DNA of 64,000 nucleotides from an uncultured archaeon (GTDB lineage Archaea; Aenigmatarchaeota; Aenigmatarchaeia; CG10238-14; SCSR01): NCBI GenBank assembly GCA_964372485.1, contig CAYJQI010000001.1, positions 192,001 to 256,000 of the forward strand, read 5' to 3'. Shown piece by piece: positions 1 to 9,155 of this stretch (position 1 is its first letter; each line of letters starts with the position of its first letter). The notes under the pieces were generated by a model. It saw only the letters and a program-made list of their open reading frames with translations, ran no database searches and was not told where the DNA came from. The position numbers and the translations under genes were made by a program.

Positions 1-2081
1 AGACTAGTTACACTTACGGGTTGAGGGATACTACATTCACACTCATTGACAAGATAACAAATGCCCTCGATCATCAAACTGACTTCAAGTATGATCTTGG
101 AACTGGCAATCTTCTTTGGAAGAAACAAAACGGGATATACACTTACTTTACTTACGACACTTTCGGGAGAATTTCTAAAGAAATACAGCCGTTTGATTCG
201 AGTGACCTTCCTACTAAAAGTTACAATTATTCATTCGACGGCGCTGCGCCTGAATCTATTGTAATAACTCAAAGAATTTCCGGGAACAGGACATACGATA
301 CTTACTTTTACTATGATGGTCTTGGAAATTTCATCCAGTTCAAAAAACCAAGTGATGGAAATAGGCAGATTGTCAAGAATCTTTTCTATGACGGATTGGG
401 TAGAGTTTCTGCAGAAAGCAATCCTTACTTTACAACATTCTCAACTGGATTAACAACAACGCAGAATTCTAATTTCATCAATTACACCTATGACTCATTA
501 TCCCGAGTGACTAATGTAACGAATCCTGATGGCAATAGCTCTAAGATAGTCTTCAACCGCTGGAACATCACTGCATACGACGAGAACAATCATCGAAAGA
601 TGTACGTCACCGATGCATATGGAAGAATAGTTAATGTTCTTGAATACAACAACGACCCTGTATTGAAACAGAACTTCGAGACCGACGCGTATATCACGGT
701 GTATCAGTATGATACTTCCGACAATCTTGTAAAGATTACAGATGCATTGGGCAACCAATTTGCATTTGTTTACGATTCTCTCGGAAGAAGGATTGAATTG
801 AGGGATCCTGATCTTGGGAATTGGAGTTACATATATGATGTTGCTGGGAATTTGATTCGTCAGGTTCAAGTTGGTGGAGGGAATCTTGTCACTGGAGATG
901 GATATTACAGGGAGTACAATGAGCTGAATCAACTGACGAAGATCAGGAATGGTTCCACGGTCACTGCAGGGCAATTGGAGAATTACACCTATGACCCGTT
1001 CGGCCAGAGGATCAAGATCATGCGAAACGACTCCGTCAAAACTATCGTCTACACTCCATTCAAGGAATTAACAAGAATAGTCAACACATCGGGCACGTAT
1101 GATTTCGTTTATGTCTACGACGAAAATGGATTGATCGCCAAGATCGATCCGGGGAATACGAAGAGGTATTACCATCTTGATCATCTGGGATCAACATCAT
1201 TAGTGACGAGGCAGACTGGAAGTTCTTTCGAGAATACGCATTATTCTCCTTACGGGGAAGTCCTTAGCGGAGGAGTGAAGGAGGATAAGTTGTACACAGG
1301 GCAGTTCTCCGATGATTTGGCTGACCAGTATTATTATGGGTGCAGGTATTACAAGCAGGGAACTGGGCAGTTTGTACAGCCTGATCAGTTCATTCAAGAT
1401 CCGTACAATCCACAGAATCTTAATCGGTATGCATACACGCTCAATAATCCATACAAGTATACCGATCCGACGGGGTGCATCATACAATTTGGACAGTTGG
1501 CAATAGGTACGAGTCTAATTGCTTCATACTTTACAGTAGTTTATAGTGATGTATTAACGCAACTGGTTACTGGGTTTATTTCCAGTATTAAAGCACCGTC
1601 ACAATTGAATCCGCAACCTTTAACTCCTGTAGATCCAGCAAAACCATCAACTATTACACCGCCAACAACAGGAGGAAATGTTGCTCCTAGTATTAATCCT
1701 AGTAATCAACCTTCACCAAGCGATATTATTGGTGAGACTATCGAGAGAGGAATGCAAGGAGTCACTCAAGCTTCTTCACAAGGTAGACAAACTACGATAA
1801 CAGAATCCTTTTGGGATAAAGGAACGTTTCAATCATCTAAAGACTCCATTACATATCATAACAAAATCCATGGTAAGGGATTAACATCTGAAGAACAAAC
1901 TAAAAGAGGTATCGATCTCTGGAATAAATACAAAAATGGCGATCCTTCCATAAAAACCGTTAGTGAAAAAGTACCTATTGCTGGAGGAAGAGAAGGTGTT
2001 AAATTAGTTGATAGATCTAACAATTGGTTTGGAATATACACAAAAGAAGGTAAAATTGTATCTACTGGATTTCGTAAATAG
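1..2081 (+). CDS. Rhs/YD-repeat polymorphic toxin, 5' end outside the window. The Rhs core ends at DPTG (nt 1464-1475) and is followed by a variable C-terminal region of about 200 aa
   Basis: The frame is open back to nt 3 (..YTYG), so the TTG at 21 is not the true start. Many YD repeats (YTYDSLSRVTNVTNPDGN, YDSLGRRIELRDPDLGNWSYIYDVAGNL, YTYDPFGQRI). Rhs-associated core signature YYHLDHLGSTS..YSPYGE..LYTGQFSD..YYYGCRYY..GQFVQPD..NLNRYAYTLNNPYKYTDPTG. Confidence 0.9.
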   Translation, partial: TSYTYGLRDTTFTLIDKITNALDHQTDFKYDLGTGNLLWKKQNGIYTYFTYDTFGRISKEIQPFDSSDLPTKSYNYSFDGAAPESIVITQRISGNRTYDTYFYYDGLGNFIQFKKPSDGNRQIVKNLFYDGLGRVSAESNPYFTTFSTGLTTTQNSNFINYTYDSLSRVTNVTNPDGNSSKIVFNRWNITAYDENNHRKMYVTDAYGRIVNVLEYNNDPVLKQNFETDAYITVYQYDTSDNLVKITDALGNQFAFVYDSLGRRIELRDPDLGNWSYIYDVAGNLIRQVQVGGGNLVTGDGYYREYNELNQLTKIRNGSTVTAGQLENYTYDPFGQRIKIMRNDSVKTIVYTPFKELTRIVNTSGTYDFVYVYDENGLIAKIDPGNTKRYYHLDHLGSTSLVTRQTGSSFENTHYSPYGEVLSGGVKEDKLYTGQFSDDLADQYYYGCRYYKQGTGQFVQPDQFIQDPYNPQNLNRYAYTLNNPYKYTDPTGCIIQFGQLAIGTSLIASYFTVVYSDVLTQLVTGFISSIKAPSQLNPQPLTPVDPAKPSTITPPTTGGNVAPSINPSNQPSPSDIIGETIERGMQGVTQASSQGRQTTITESFWDKGTFQSSKDSITYHNKIHGKGLTSEEQTKRGIDLWNKYKNGDPSIKTVSEKVPIAGGREGVKLVDRSNNWFGIYTKEGKIVSTGFRK

Positions 2082-2083
2082 GT

Positions 2084-2497
2084 GTGATAATGAAAAATGA
2101 AATGGGAAAAATCAGAATAAAAATAAAACAACTTTACAACTATTTGCAAGGAAGACATTTTCCAAGATTAAAAAATAATTTTAATAGCATGAAATTAGAA
2201 GACAAAGTTCTCGATATAAGGATAGATTTAATAGAATGGGATGCATGGGTTGTGGGATATACTGATACTTTAATTAAATATAAGGAAGTTAAATGGGACA
2301 ACGATCAGTTACTTTCAGATGTTAAAAGAATTGATAAACTTTTTGATGAAGTAAAAATACCTACTTTGGAAAAGATAGGAAACATATTTTTCGATTCTTT
2401 GATTGAGCGTAAAGAAAAAATCAAAGAATTAGTCAATCTACTTATACAATACAAAAACGAACTCGAAAAATCAAAACTGAAGGAGGATAAGTCCTAA
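2084..2497 (+). CDS. Candidate cognate immunity protein of the Rhs toxin (small cytoplasmic helical protein, no recognisable family)
   Basis: 137 aa with no signal peptide or TM segment. It starts 2 nt after the toxin stop and its stop overlaps the next start (TAATG). Position is typical of polymorphic-toxin immunity genes. Assignment is by context only. Confidence 0.5.
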   Translation: MIMKNEMGKIRIKIKQLYNYLQGRHFPRLKNNFNSMKLEDKVLDIRIDLIEWDAWVVGYTDTLIKYKEVKWDNDQLLSDVKRIDKLFDEVKIPTLEKIGNIFFDSLIERKEKIKELVNLLIQYKNELEKSKLKEDKS

Positions 2498-4497
2498 TGC
2501 AACAATTTTCAATATCTCCGCATAAATTACCTGAAGATGATGGAATTCAACAAAATTTACTTCAATTTATCTCTAATTTCGATATCAAATTAATAATAAA
2601 ATTATTTTTGTTTTCATTAATTTCACTTGTTTTAATTCCTACATTATCTCGTGCACAAGATCTTACATATGATTTTGATACTAATCGTGTGAATATAACA
2701 TACGACTCGCTAAATAGAATTCTCACTAAAAACTCATCTACAACAAGCGCAAACTACACTTATGATGGCTCATATCAAGGCACGTTGACAAACATCAGCT
2801 TTGACAACTCTACCTACAAGTATGAATACGATAACAAACTAAGACTAACAAATGAAACTAAGATTATAGACGGAGTGACTTTCCAAAGATACATATATTA
2901 CGACTCTATGGATAGAATAGGAAACCAGACATTTACGCCAGGAACAAATATCAACTACACCTACAACAACCAAAGCAAGATAAGCGCGGTCTTTGGCCTT
3001 ATCAGTAGTGTATTTCACAATGAATTCGACAATCCTGTTAATAGAAGTTACAACAACACCCGATTAACTGAATACCTCTACGACAACAAGGGAAGAATAA
3101 CGCAAATCAAAACAAGCACGTTGCAACACATGAATTATACATATGATGCCGTGGGGAATGTGTTGACAATCAACGACTCTGTCAATAACAGACTATATAG
3201 AATATCATATGACTTTTTGGACAGATTAATCAACACGACAATAGGCGGTATAAGCTATGTATACTCCTACAATGAAATAGGTAACATCTTGAAGATAGTC
3301 AGGGACAACACAAATACAACCAAATTCTCGTACGGAACGAATCCTGTACATGCACCATCAAGAATAACAACAGGTGGTGTGGGTGCAGATGTTCACAAAT
3401 TAAAAGAACTTTACTCAAATGCTAAGCAGAGGGTAATTGATTTCTTCCTTCCCAACGAGAAGAATGTCACAATATCTAATGCCAACTGGACGATTGATTT
3501 CGAGAATAATAACAAGATAAATTCGTCTATAGCTTTCAACATATCAACAAACGACACAATATGGGTAATAGCGGCTTATAATTATTCGAATGGTGGGTCT
3601 TATCCAATTAATACCACTGGGAGATCGGCGAATACATCCATAGATTATGAAAATGTTTCTGTAAAGTTCGGGGTTGTGATTCAGAATCTGACAATTAGCA
3701 ACAGAAATACTTCAAACATAACTTTCGCATTGGGAATATTGAACAAGATGAATGTAACATCACAAAATATACAATGGTCATGTACTGGAGGTTTATCGGG
3801 AGGACCATTCACACTAACTGCAAATACCAGTAGAATAGACCTTATGAGTAGTAATTACTCTACACCGGGAATGAAAACATTTTCATGTACAACTACATCT
3901 GTCGACGGCAATGACACAAAAGCTGTTGAATTTGAAATCTCAGGATTGAAAATAGAGGATTATAACAATACCAGGTTAGCTGAAAATCAAAGAATGATTA
4001 ACTTTACCATAAAGAATTACTGGCTACCATCAACTGTGACATGGTACATAACAAGCGATGGTCAGACATTTACTAATACAACTTCTTCAATTGGGACAAA
4101 CGCAACTTCCCTAGTATCGCAGACAATAAATTACACAACCGACGGATCAAAAGACATTTACATTAACATAAGCTCTGGTGGCGTCGTGGATTATTATAAC
4201 GAGACCTTGAGATTGGAAGCAATTGAGATAGAGGATTATGACACCGTCAATATTACATCAACTGACATGTTATTGGGATTCAAAGTTAGGAATAATTGGC
4301 ATCTTAACCGCAGTATTAGCTGGAATCTAACAGATCCCTCCATAACCAGCAATAACTCGGTAAATATCGGGACTGATGAAATAACTTTCATCTTAATAGA
4401 GAATAATTATACATCAGCAGGGACTAAAAACCCTAAGGTGACTGTACATAATGGCACTTTCTTGGACTGGTTCACGGATAGATTTATGATTGAATAA
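2497..4497 (+). CDS. Secreted YD-repeat / N-glycosylation-sequon-rich surface protein (no Rhs core, no toxin tip)
   Basis: N-terminal hydrophobic signal-like segment (LIIKLFLFSLISLVLIPTLSRAQD). YD repeats in the first ~280 aa (YTYDAVGNVLTINDSVNNRLYRISYDFLDRL). The remainder is beta-rich repeats crowded with N-x-S/T sequons. Confidence 0.7.
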   Translation: MQQFSISPHKLPEDDGIQQNLLQFISNFDIKLIIKLFLFSLISLVLIPTLSRAQDLTYDFDTNRVNITYDSLNRILTKNSSTTSANYTYDGSYQGTLTNISFDNSTYKYEYDNKLRLTNETKIIDGVTFQRYIYYDSMDRIGNQTFTPGTNINYTYNNQSKISAVFGLISSVFHNEFDNPVNRSYNNTRLTEYLYDNKGRITQIKTSTLQHMNYTYDAVGNVLTINDSVNNRLYRISYDFLDRLINTTIGGISYVYSYNEIGNILKIVRDNTNTTKFSYGTNPVHAPSRITTGGVGADVHKLKELYSNAKQRVIDFFLPNEKNVTISNANWTIDFENNNKINSSIAFNISTNDTIWVIAAYNYSNGGSYPINTTGRSANTSIDYENVSVKFGVVIQNLTISNRNTSNITFALGILNKMNVTSQNIQWSCTGGLSGGPFTLTANTSRIDLMSSNYSTPGMKTFSCTTTSVDGNDTKAVEFEISGLKIEDYNNTRLAENQRMINFTIKNYWLPSTVTWYITSDGQTFTNTTSSIGTNATSLVSQTINYTTDGSKDIYINISSGGVVDYYNETLRLEAIEIEDYDTVNITSTDMLLGFKVRNNWHLNRSISWNLTDPSITSNNSVNIGTDEITFILIENNYTSAGTKNPKVTVHNGTFLDWFTDRFMIE

Positions 4498-4560
4498 TGA
4501 TAATTCTTTTGAAGAGTACTAAACCTTTTATTTCTATTGATCAATCTTACTTTAGATAGA

Positions 4561-7092
4561 ATGAGAGAATGGGGTCTGATCTTTGTAGCATTTATTTCAA
4601 TATTCAATTTTCTAATGTTCTCTACAAATGCATTTGACCTCAACATAACAACGTTTTCAGATGGAACATATTCCAAGATGTTAGAAGTCAATTCCTTGGG
4701 AAATATAGTTCACATAAGCGCGTATAAAAATACAACTGTTTTGAATGATCAAATTATGATGAGTGGTGTGCAAATTGCGACGCAAACTGGAATAAGTTCG
4801 AGCAACTTAACCAACGGTAATTTCGAAGCTAGTCTATCTAACTGGGAAGTTTGGGGAGCTCCAACATTTTGTGATATAGATACGCCAGATTGTCCTATAA
4901 ATTGGTGTAATATCCTAGAAAATCAGTCATGCATAGTAAGTGCTATGAATGTAAATATATCTGATGAAACACCTTTCGGAAACTATTCTGCATACTTGGG
5001 ACATTATTCCAAGGACGAATATACTTATCGTAGTTCCAAAGTAGAATTGCGACAAAATATCGGTGTAGTAAGTAGTAATTCTACGCTTTCATTCAATACT
5101 AAAGCCTTTTCAGAAAACACTCGCACTAAAGTTTACACATACTACGTAATCGTTAATAATGACAGCAATATCTTGTGGATGGGAAATGATAATGATCCCA
5201 CATTGCCAAAAGAGTGGACACTTTTGAATTTTAGCTTAGCAAATTACACGGGGGAAAATGTTACACTAAAGTTTAGGTTTGAACAAACGCTCGGAAGATC
5301 TGTGGTGGGATCTGGAACAAGTTTGTGGTATTTGGACAATATAAAAGTTTTGCAAAGCAACACTACTTCTTATTCTGTCCTGATTCCTAACTCACCAAGT
5401 TTAGACATAGGAAATGATGGTACAGAAGAATGGAATTTTTCAGGACTATTCAATACAAGTCGAAATATATCTGGACTCTCCAATGCATTTACTAGCTATT
5501 TGAAAAATTGCACAATTGACATAACTACTAATAAATGCACAATTCCGATCAAGATTAGTTCCAAATCCGATGGCATAATAAATATTTCTAATATAAAACT
5601 TCAGATATCAGATTCATCAAGTCCAATAATAGATAATGTATCTTTTAACCCAATCTTTCACATACACAATGAAACTTTTATTGGAAGTGCAAATATTTCC
5701 GATAATTCACAAATCAATTCAGTCAATGTAACATTATTCACACCCTTGGACAAACAAGTTTTGCCTATGGCATTAATTGGTGGTCACGATTGGAATGGTA
5801 CCTATGGGATTACTATAGACACCGCTAGTTTGCCAGGCAATTATACATTTTACATAAGTGCAGGTGATATTTTCGAGAATACAATCGATTCACAAAATTA
5901 TACTTTTCAAGTATTACCAAAAGATCCGGAAATATTGTCAGCTGAACTATTGAACCCTGTGGAAGTTATAAACACTACTAACACATCAACGACACTCTTT
6001 TTATTTGCCGAGATCAGAGATGGTAGAATTATCAAGAATATATCTGCAACTCTTAGCAATCAAACAACCGTATTTTCACTTAATTTGACAAAAAACACTA
6101 CCGGCTACTTCGGTTTACCACAAGTCAACCTGTATAGGTTCTCTCCGACTCTGAACAACACAGAATTATTATTTGGTAAAGCTCACAAAGTCACAATTTT
6201 TATAACCGATATTTTTGGTAACACTGCCAACAAAACATTCGGTGAATTCAAAAAATTACCCTCGCCGAATATTAGCTCCAGTATGTTAATATCGATCAAC
6301 GAAACCAATGAAACATCAGTGAATGTTACTCCAAATGTTACGCTGCATATACGGACGCGAAATAATTTAACAAATGCATCTGTCAAAACATTATTATATA
6401 ATAACAATCCTAGTGGGGATGACTCGGAGCTCAAAAATCTAGAAAAATATTACGAAATAACTGTCGACAATAATTTGAATAACAGCCTGCTTTGGACGTT
6501 GATAAAGATTTATTACACTGATGAAGAACTTGTGTCTAAAAGCGTTTCAGAAAATTTATTGAGGATTTCTTATCATCACCCTAATGGAACTTGGATTGTT
6601 TACAATAATCAAAATGATGAATACGGGGGAGGTGTTAACACACAAGACAATTATATATGGGCTAACACTAGTCATTTCAGTCTTTTTGGAGTTCATGTTC
6701 TACCTAACCCACCGCCATCTCCAACACCTTCACCATCGCCTAGTCCATCACCTTCACCAAGCCCGGATGGAGGACCTACAGAATTAAGTAATCCCAATAG
6801 TGGAAACACATCGCTAAGATCAAATGATGAAAACAATAGGCAAACGAACCAACCTCCGACAGCAGAACCTGATTCGAATAATAATACCCTGTCTGAGGAA
6901 AATGAAACTGCAGGTGACGACCAACCTACTCAATTCACAGAATCAACACTTCCAACTGGCTTCGCAACATTAATCCGTCCGGAACTTTATCCTGTCATTT
7001 CTGGTGTGTTGACCATCATCGCTTTAGGAAGCGTATATTTCTATTTCAAGAAATTCCGAAAAGCGGAAAAATTGAAAGTAAAAAAGGATTAA
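4561..7092 (+). CDS. Large membrane-anchored surface glycoprotein (S-layer/adhesin-like) with an N-terminal jelly-roll CBM-like domain
   Basis: ATG at 4561 gives the signal peptide MREWGLIFVAFISIFNFLMFSTNA (the track TTG at 4537 is less likely). Contains NGNFEASLSNWEVWG (CBM4_9-like start) and dozens of N-x-S/T sequons. Also has a (S/T-P)n linker, a C-terminal TM segment (VISGVLTIIALGSVYFYF) and a basic tail KKFRKAEKLKVKKD. Confidence 0.7.
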   Translation: MREWGLIFVAFISIFNFLMFSTNAFDLNITTFSDGTYSKMLEVNSLGNIVHISAYKNTTVLNDQIMMSGVQIATQTGISSSNLTNGNFEASLSNWEVWGAPTFCDIDTPDCPINWCNILENQSCIVSAMNVNISDETPFGNYSAYLGHYSKDEYTYRSSKVELRQNIGVVSSNSTLSFNTKAFSENTRTKVYTYYVIVNNDSNILWMGNDNDPTLPKEWTLLNFSLANYTGENVTLKFRFEQTLGRSVVGSGTSLWYLDNIKVLQSNTTSYSVLIPNSPSLDIGNDGTEEWNFSGLFNTSRNISGLSNAFTSYLKNCTIDITTNKCTIPIKISSKSDGIINISNIKLQISDSSSPIIDNVSFNPIFHIHNETFIGSANISDNSQINSVNVTLFTPLDKQVLPMALIGGHDWNGTYGITIDTASLPGNYTFYISAGDIFENTIDSQNYTFQVLPKDPEILSAELLNPVEVINTTNTSTTLFLFAEIRDGRIIKNISATLSNQTTVFSLNLTKNTTGYFGLPQVNLYRFSPTLNNTELLFGKAHKVTIFITDIFGNTANKTFGEFKKLPSPNISSSMLISINETNETSVNVTPNVTLHIRTRNNLTNASVKTLLYNNNPSGDDSELKNLEKYYEITVDNNLNNSLLWTLIKIYYTDEELVSKSVSENLLRISYHHPNGTWIVYNNQNDEYGGGVNTQDNYIWANTSHFSLFGVHVLPNPPPSPTPSPSPSPSPSPSPDGGPTELSNPNSGNTSLRSNDENNRQTNQPPTAEPDSNNNTLSEENETAGDDQPTQFTESTLPTGFATLIRPELYPVISGVLTIIALGSVYFYFKKFRKAEKLKVKKD
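6703..6764 (+). repeat. Coding (Ser/Thr-Pro)n low-complexity linker inside the surface glycoprotein
   Basis: Translates to PNPPPSPTPSPSPSPSPSPSP. Locally GC-rich in an AT-rich genome. Confidence 0.9.
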
Positions 7093-7150
7093 ATAATTTA
7101 GCTAGCATACCCTTTAAATCATTATCAATTTTACATTATTTAGTGATTAG

Positions 7151-8167
7151 TTGATTCTACCATTCGTATCTGTAATAGTACTAAACTACAACGGAGAAAA
7201 GTTCATTAAGAACTGCCTAGACTCTCTAAAAGAGATAAATTACGACAAAAATTCTCATGAAATTATTGTAGTTGATAATGCATCAAAGGACAAGTCCCCT
7301 GAAATTATAAAATCGTATGTGCCTTGGATAAAATTTGTTGAAACTGGAAAGAATTTAGGATATGCTGGAGGAAATAATGCAGGTGTAGATGTTGCCAAGG
7401 GAGAATATGTAGTTTTTCTCAATCCAGATACCGTTGTTGATAGGGAGTGGTTGAATGAATTGGTAAAGGCGATAGAAAGTGATGGGGAACTAGGTGCATG
7501 CTCTTCCAAAGTCCTTTACCATGATAATTCAGGGAAAATAAACACTATCGGCGGATTTTGGAGTGTATTAGGAGTTTCGGGATCTGTTGGAGAGGGAAAG
7601 GACGGTGAAACTGTCAGTGACGCTGTTTACACATTCTATCCCACAGGCTCTTCGATGATAATGAAAAAGAAAATTTACATTGATGTAGGAAAATTCGACA
7701 ATGATTATTTCCTTTATTGTGAAGATCCTGATATAGGATGGAGATTGTGGGATAGCGGATATAAGATTGCACTTGCACCACAATCAAAAGTGTATCATCT
7801 AGTCAGTGCATCATTGAAAGGACTAGGAAAGAAGGCTTACAGTGAGATGTTTTACTTTTACAATACGAGAAATGGATTAATTACAGTTGTAAAGAATGCG
7901 ACTACAACAGATTTGTTCTGGATGGTTCCAACGTACATGATTTCATGGTCTGCCCTTTCATTGTTATTCATATTACGAGGCAAATTCAGAGCAGGAAAGG
8001 CGGTGATTAAAGGATTATTGTGGCCATGGACGAATATAGGATGGTTGTTGAAAAAAAGAAAGAACACAACACTTCAAAGAACTGGTAAAGCCAAGTCCAT
8101 GATGACGGGATTTATTGAAAGTGTGAAAATATTTTTTGGATCAAAAGTAGAGAAACACTTTATGTGA
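7151..8167 (+). CDS. Family-2 glycosyltransferase (GT2) with a C-terminal membrane segment
   Basis: VSVIVLNYNGEKF..VVDNASKD..GYAGGNNAG..FLNPDT..EDPDIGWRL (GT-A DxD/ED motifs). TTG start. Confidence 0.85.
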   Translation: MILPFVSVIVLNYNGEKFIKNCLDSLKEINYDKNSHEIIVVDNASKDKSPEIIKSYVPWIKFVETGKNLGYAGGNNAGVDVAKGEYVVFLNPDTVVDREWLNELVKAIESDGELGACSSKVLYHDNSGKINTIGGFWSVLGVSGSVGEGKDGETVSDAVYTFYPTGSSMIMKKKIYIDVGKFDNDYFLYCEDPDIGWRLWDSGYKIALAPQSKVYHLVSASLKGLGKKAYSEMFYFYNTRNGLITVVKNATTTDLFWMVPTYMISWSALSLLFILRGKFRAGKAVIKGLLWPWTNIGWLLKKRKNTTLQRTGKAKSMMTGFIESVKIFFGSKVEKHFM

Positions 8168-8171
8168 TTGA

Positions 8172-9155
8172 ATGAAAATAGAAATAAAAAATTCTGTTGA
8201 TAGTAAGGAATGGAATGATCTGGTGGAGAAAGATGATGGATCAGTATTCAAAAAATACGAATGGGCAAATGTAAATCAAACTCCAAAATACATAACAGCA
8301 ATAGAAAATGGGAAATTAGTAGGTGGTTTAGCATTTCATGAGGACAACGTATTGTTTAAAGCTGCGCGTGTTGCGATTTCTTCTCCGATAGCAACTAATA
8401 ACGAAGTGAGATCCGAGATTGTAAGATTTTTTAGATCAATGCCAGGAATGAAAATAGTAAATACCACATATCAGGATGATAAATTTGCGTCACTATTTTT
8501 AGAAAATGGGTTCAAGAAAACAGACAAGGCAACTGTTCTTATTAATTTGAAGAATTACGATACGGATTTGAAATCATTTGATAAGAAACGTCGATATGAT
8601 ATAAACAAAGCGATAAAAGAAGGTGCTGAAGTAGCAGATGCATCTGAAAATGAACGTGATTGGGAAGAATTTTATAAAATTTACAATGAATCTGGAAAGA
8701 ATTGGGGAGTAAGTATACTCGATAAGAATGAATTTCTGAAATTCAAATCAATGGTAAAACAAAATTTACTGAGACTTTTCCTAGTGAAACTGGATGGTAA
8801 AATAATTTCAGGTTCGATCGTTCTGAATTCTGGGAATACAGCAATATTTTTCATTAATGCAACTGATCCAAATGAACGTCAACTACAAACAAATAGTTTG
8901 TTGATGTGGGAAAACATAAAATATGCCAAGAAAAATGGATTCGAGTATTTTGATCTGTTTGGATATGATCCTTACGCAAAGAAAAATGAGAAAACTTATG
9001 GTATAAACAGTTTCAAGCTTAGTTTTGGCGGTGAGGTTAAGATTTTTTATAAATTCACCGATTCTGGAACTTATGTTGTAGGAAGGGAATTGTATAACAA
9101 GTTAAGATTCTTGAAAAGATTGTATTTCTTTTTCCAGAGGTCGAATAAAATATGA
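8172..9155 (+). CDS. FemAB/BioF2-like GNAT-fold (amino)acyltransferase
   Basis: Family-typical layout: EWNDLV..KKYEWANV at the N-terminus, KKRRYDINKAIKEG in the middle, and C-terminal NSLLMWENIKYAKKNGFEYFDLFG..SFKLSFGGE. Confidence 0.6.
   Translation: MKIEIKNSVDSKEWNDLVEKDDGSVFKKYEWANVNQTPKYITAIENGKLVGGLAFHEDNVLFKAARVAISSPIATNNEVRSEIVRFFRSMPGMKIVNTTYQDDKFASLFLENGFKKTDKATVLINLKNYDTDLKSFDKKRRYDINKAIKEGAEVADASENERDWEEFYKIYNESGKNWGVSILDKNEFLKFKSMVKQNLLRLFLVKLDGKIISGSIVLNSGNTAIFFINATDPNERQLQTNSLLMWENIKYAKKNGFEYFDLFGYDPYAKKNEKTYGINSFKLSFGGEVKIFYKFTDSGTYVVGRELYNKLRFLKRLYFFFQRSNKI

Noticed and set aside
498-1506. Antisense or alternative-frame ORFs inside the Rhs gene (498..974 -, 1200..1487 -, 1312..1506 +, 61..264 +). 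Similar shadow ORFs lie inside polB, ftsZ, gltX, hel308 and others.
   Set aside because: They are nested entirely within strongly supported genes, have no motifs, and have a composition typical of shadow ORFs in AT-rich DNA.
6703-6764. Short-period nucleotide repeat that could be mistaken for a microsatellite or CRISPR-like array.
   Set aside because: It is in frame within the surface glycoprotein and encodes an (S/T-P)n linker. There is no spacer/repeat organisation.
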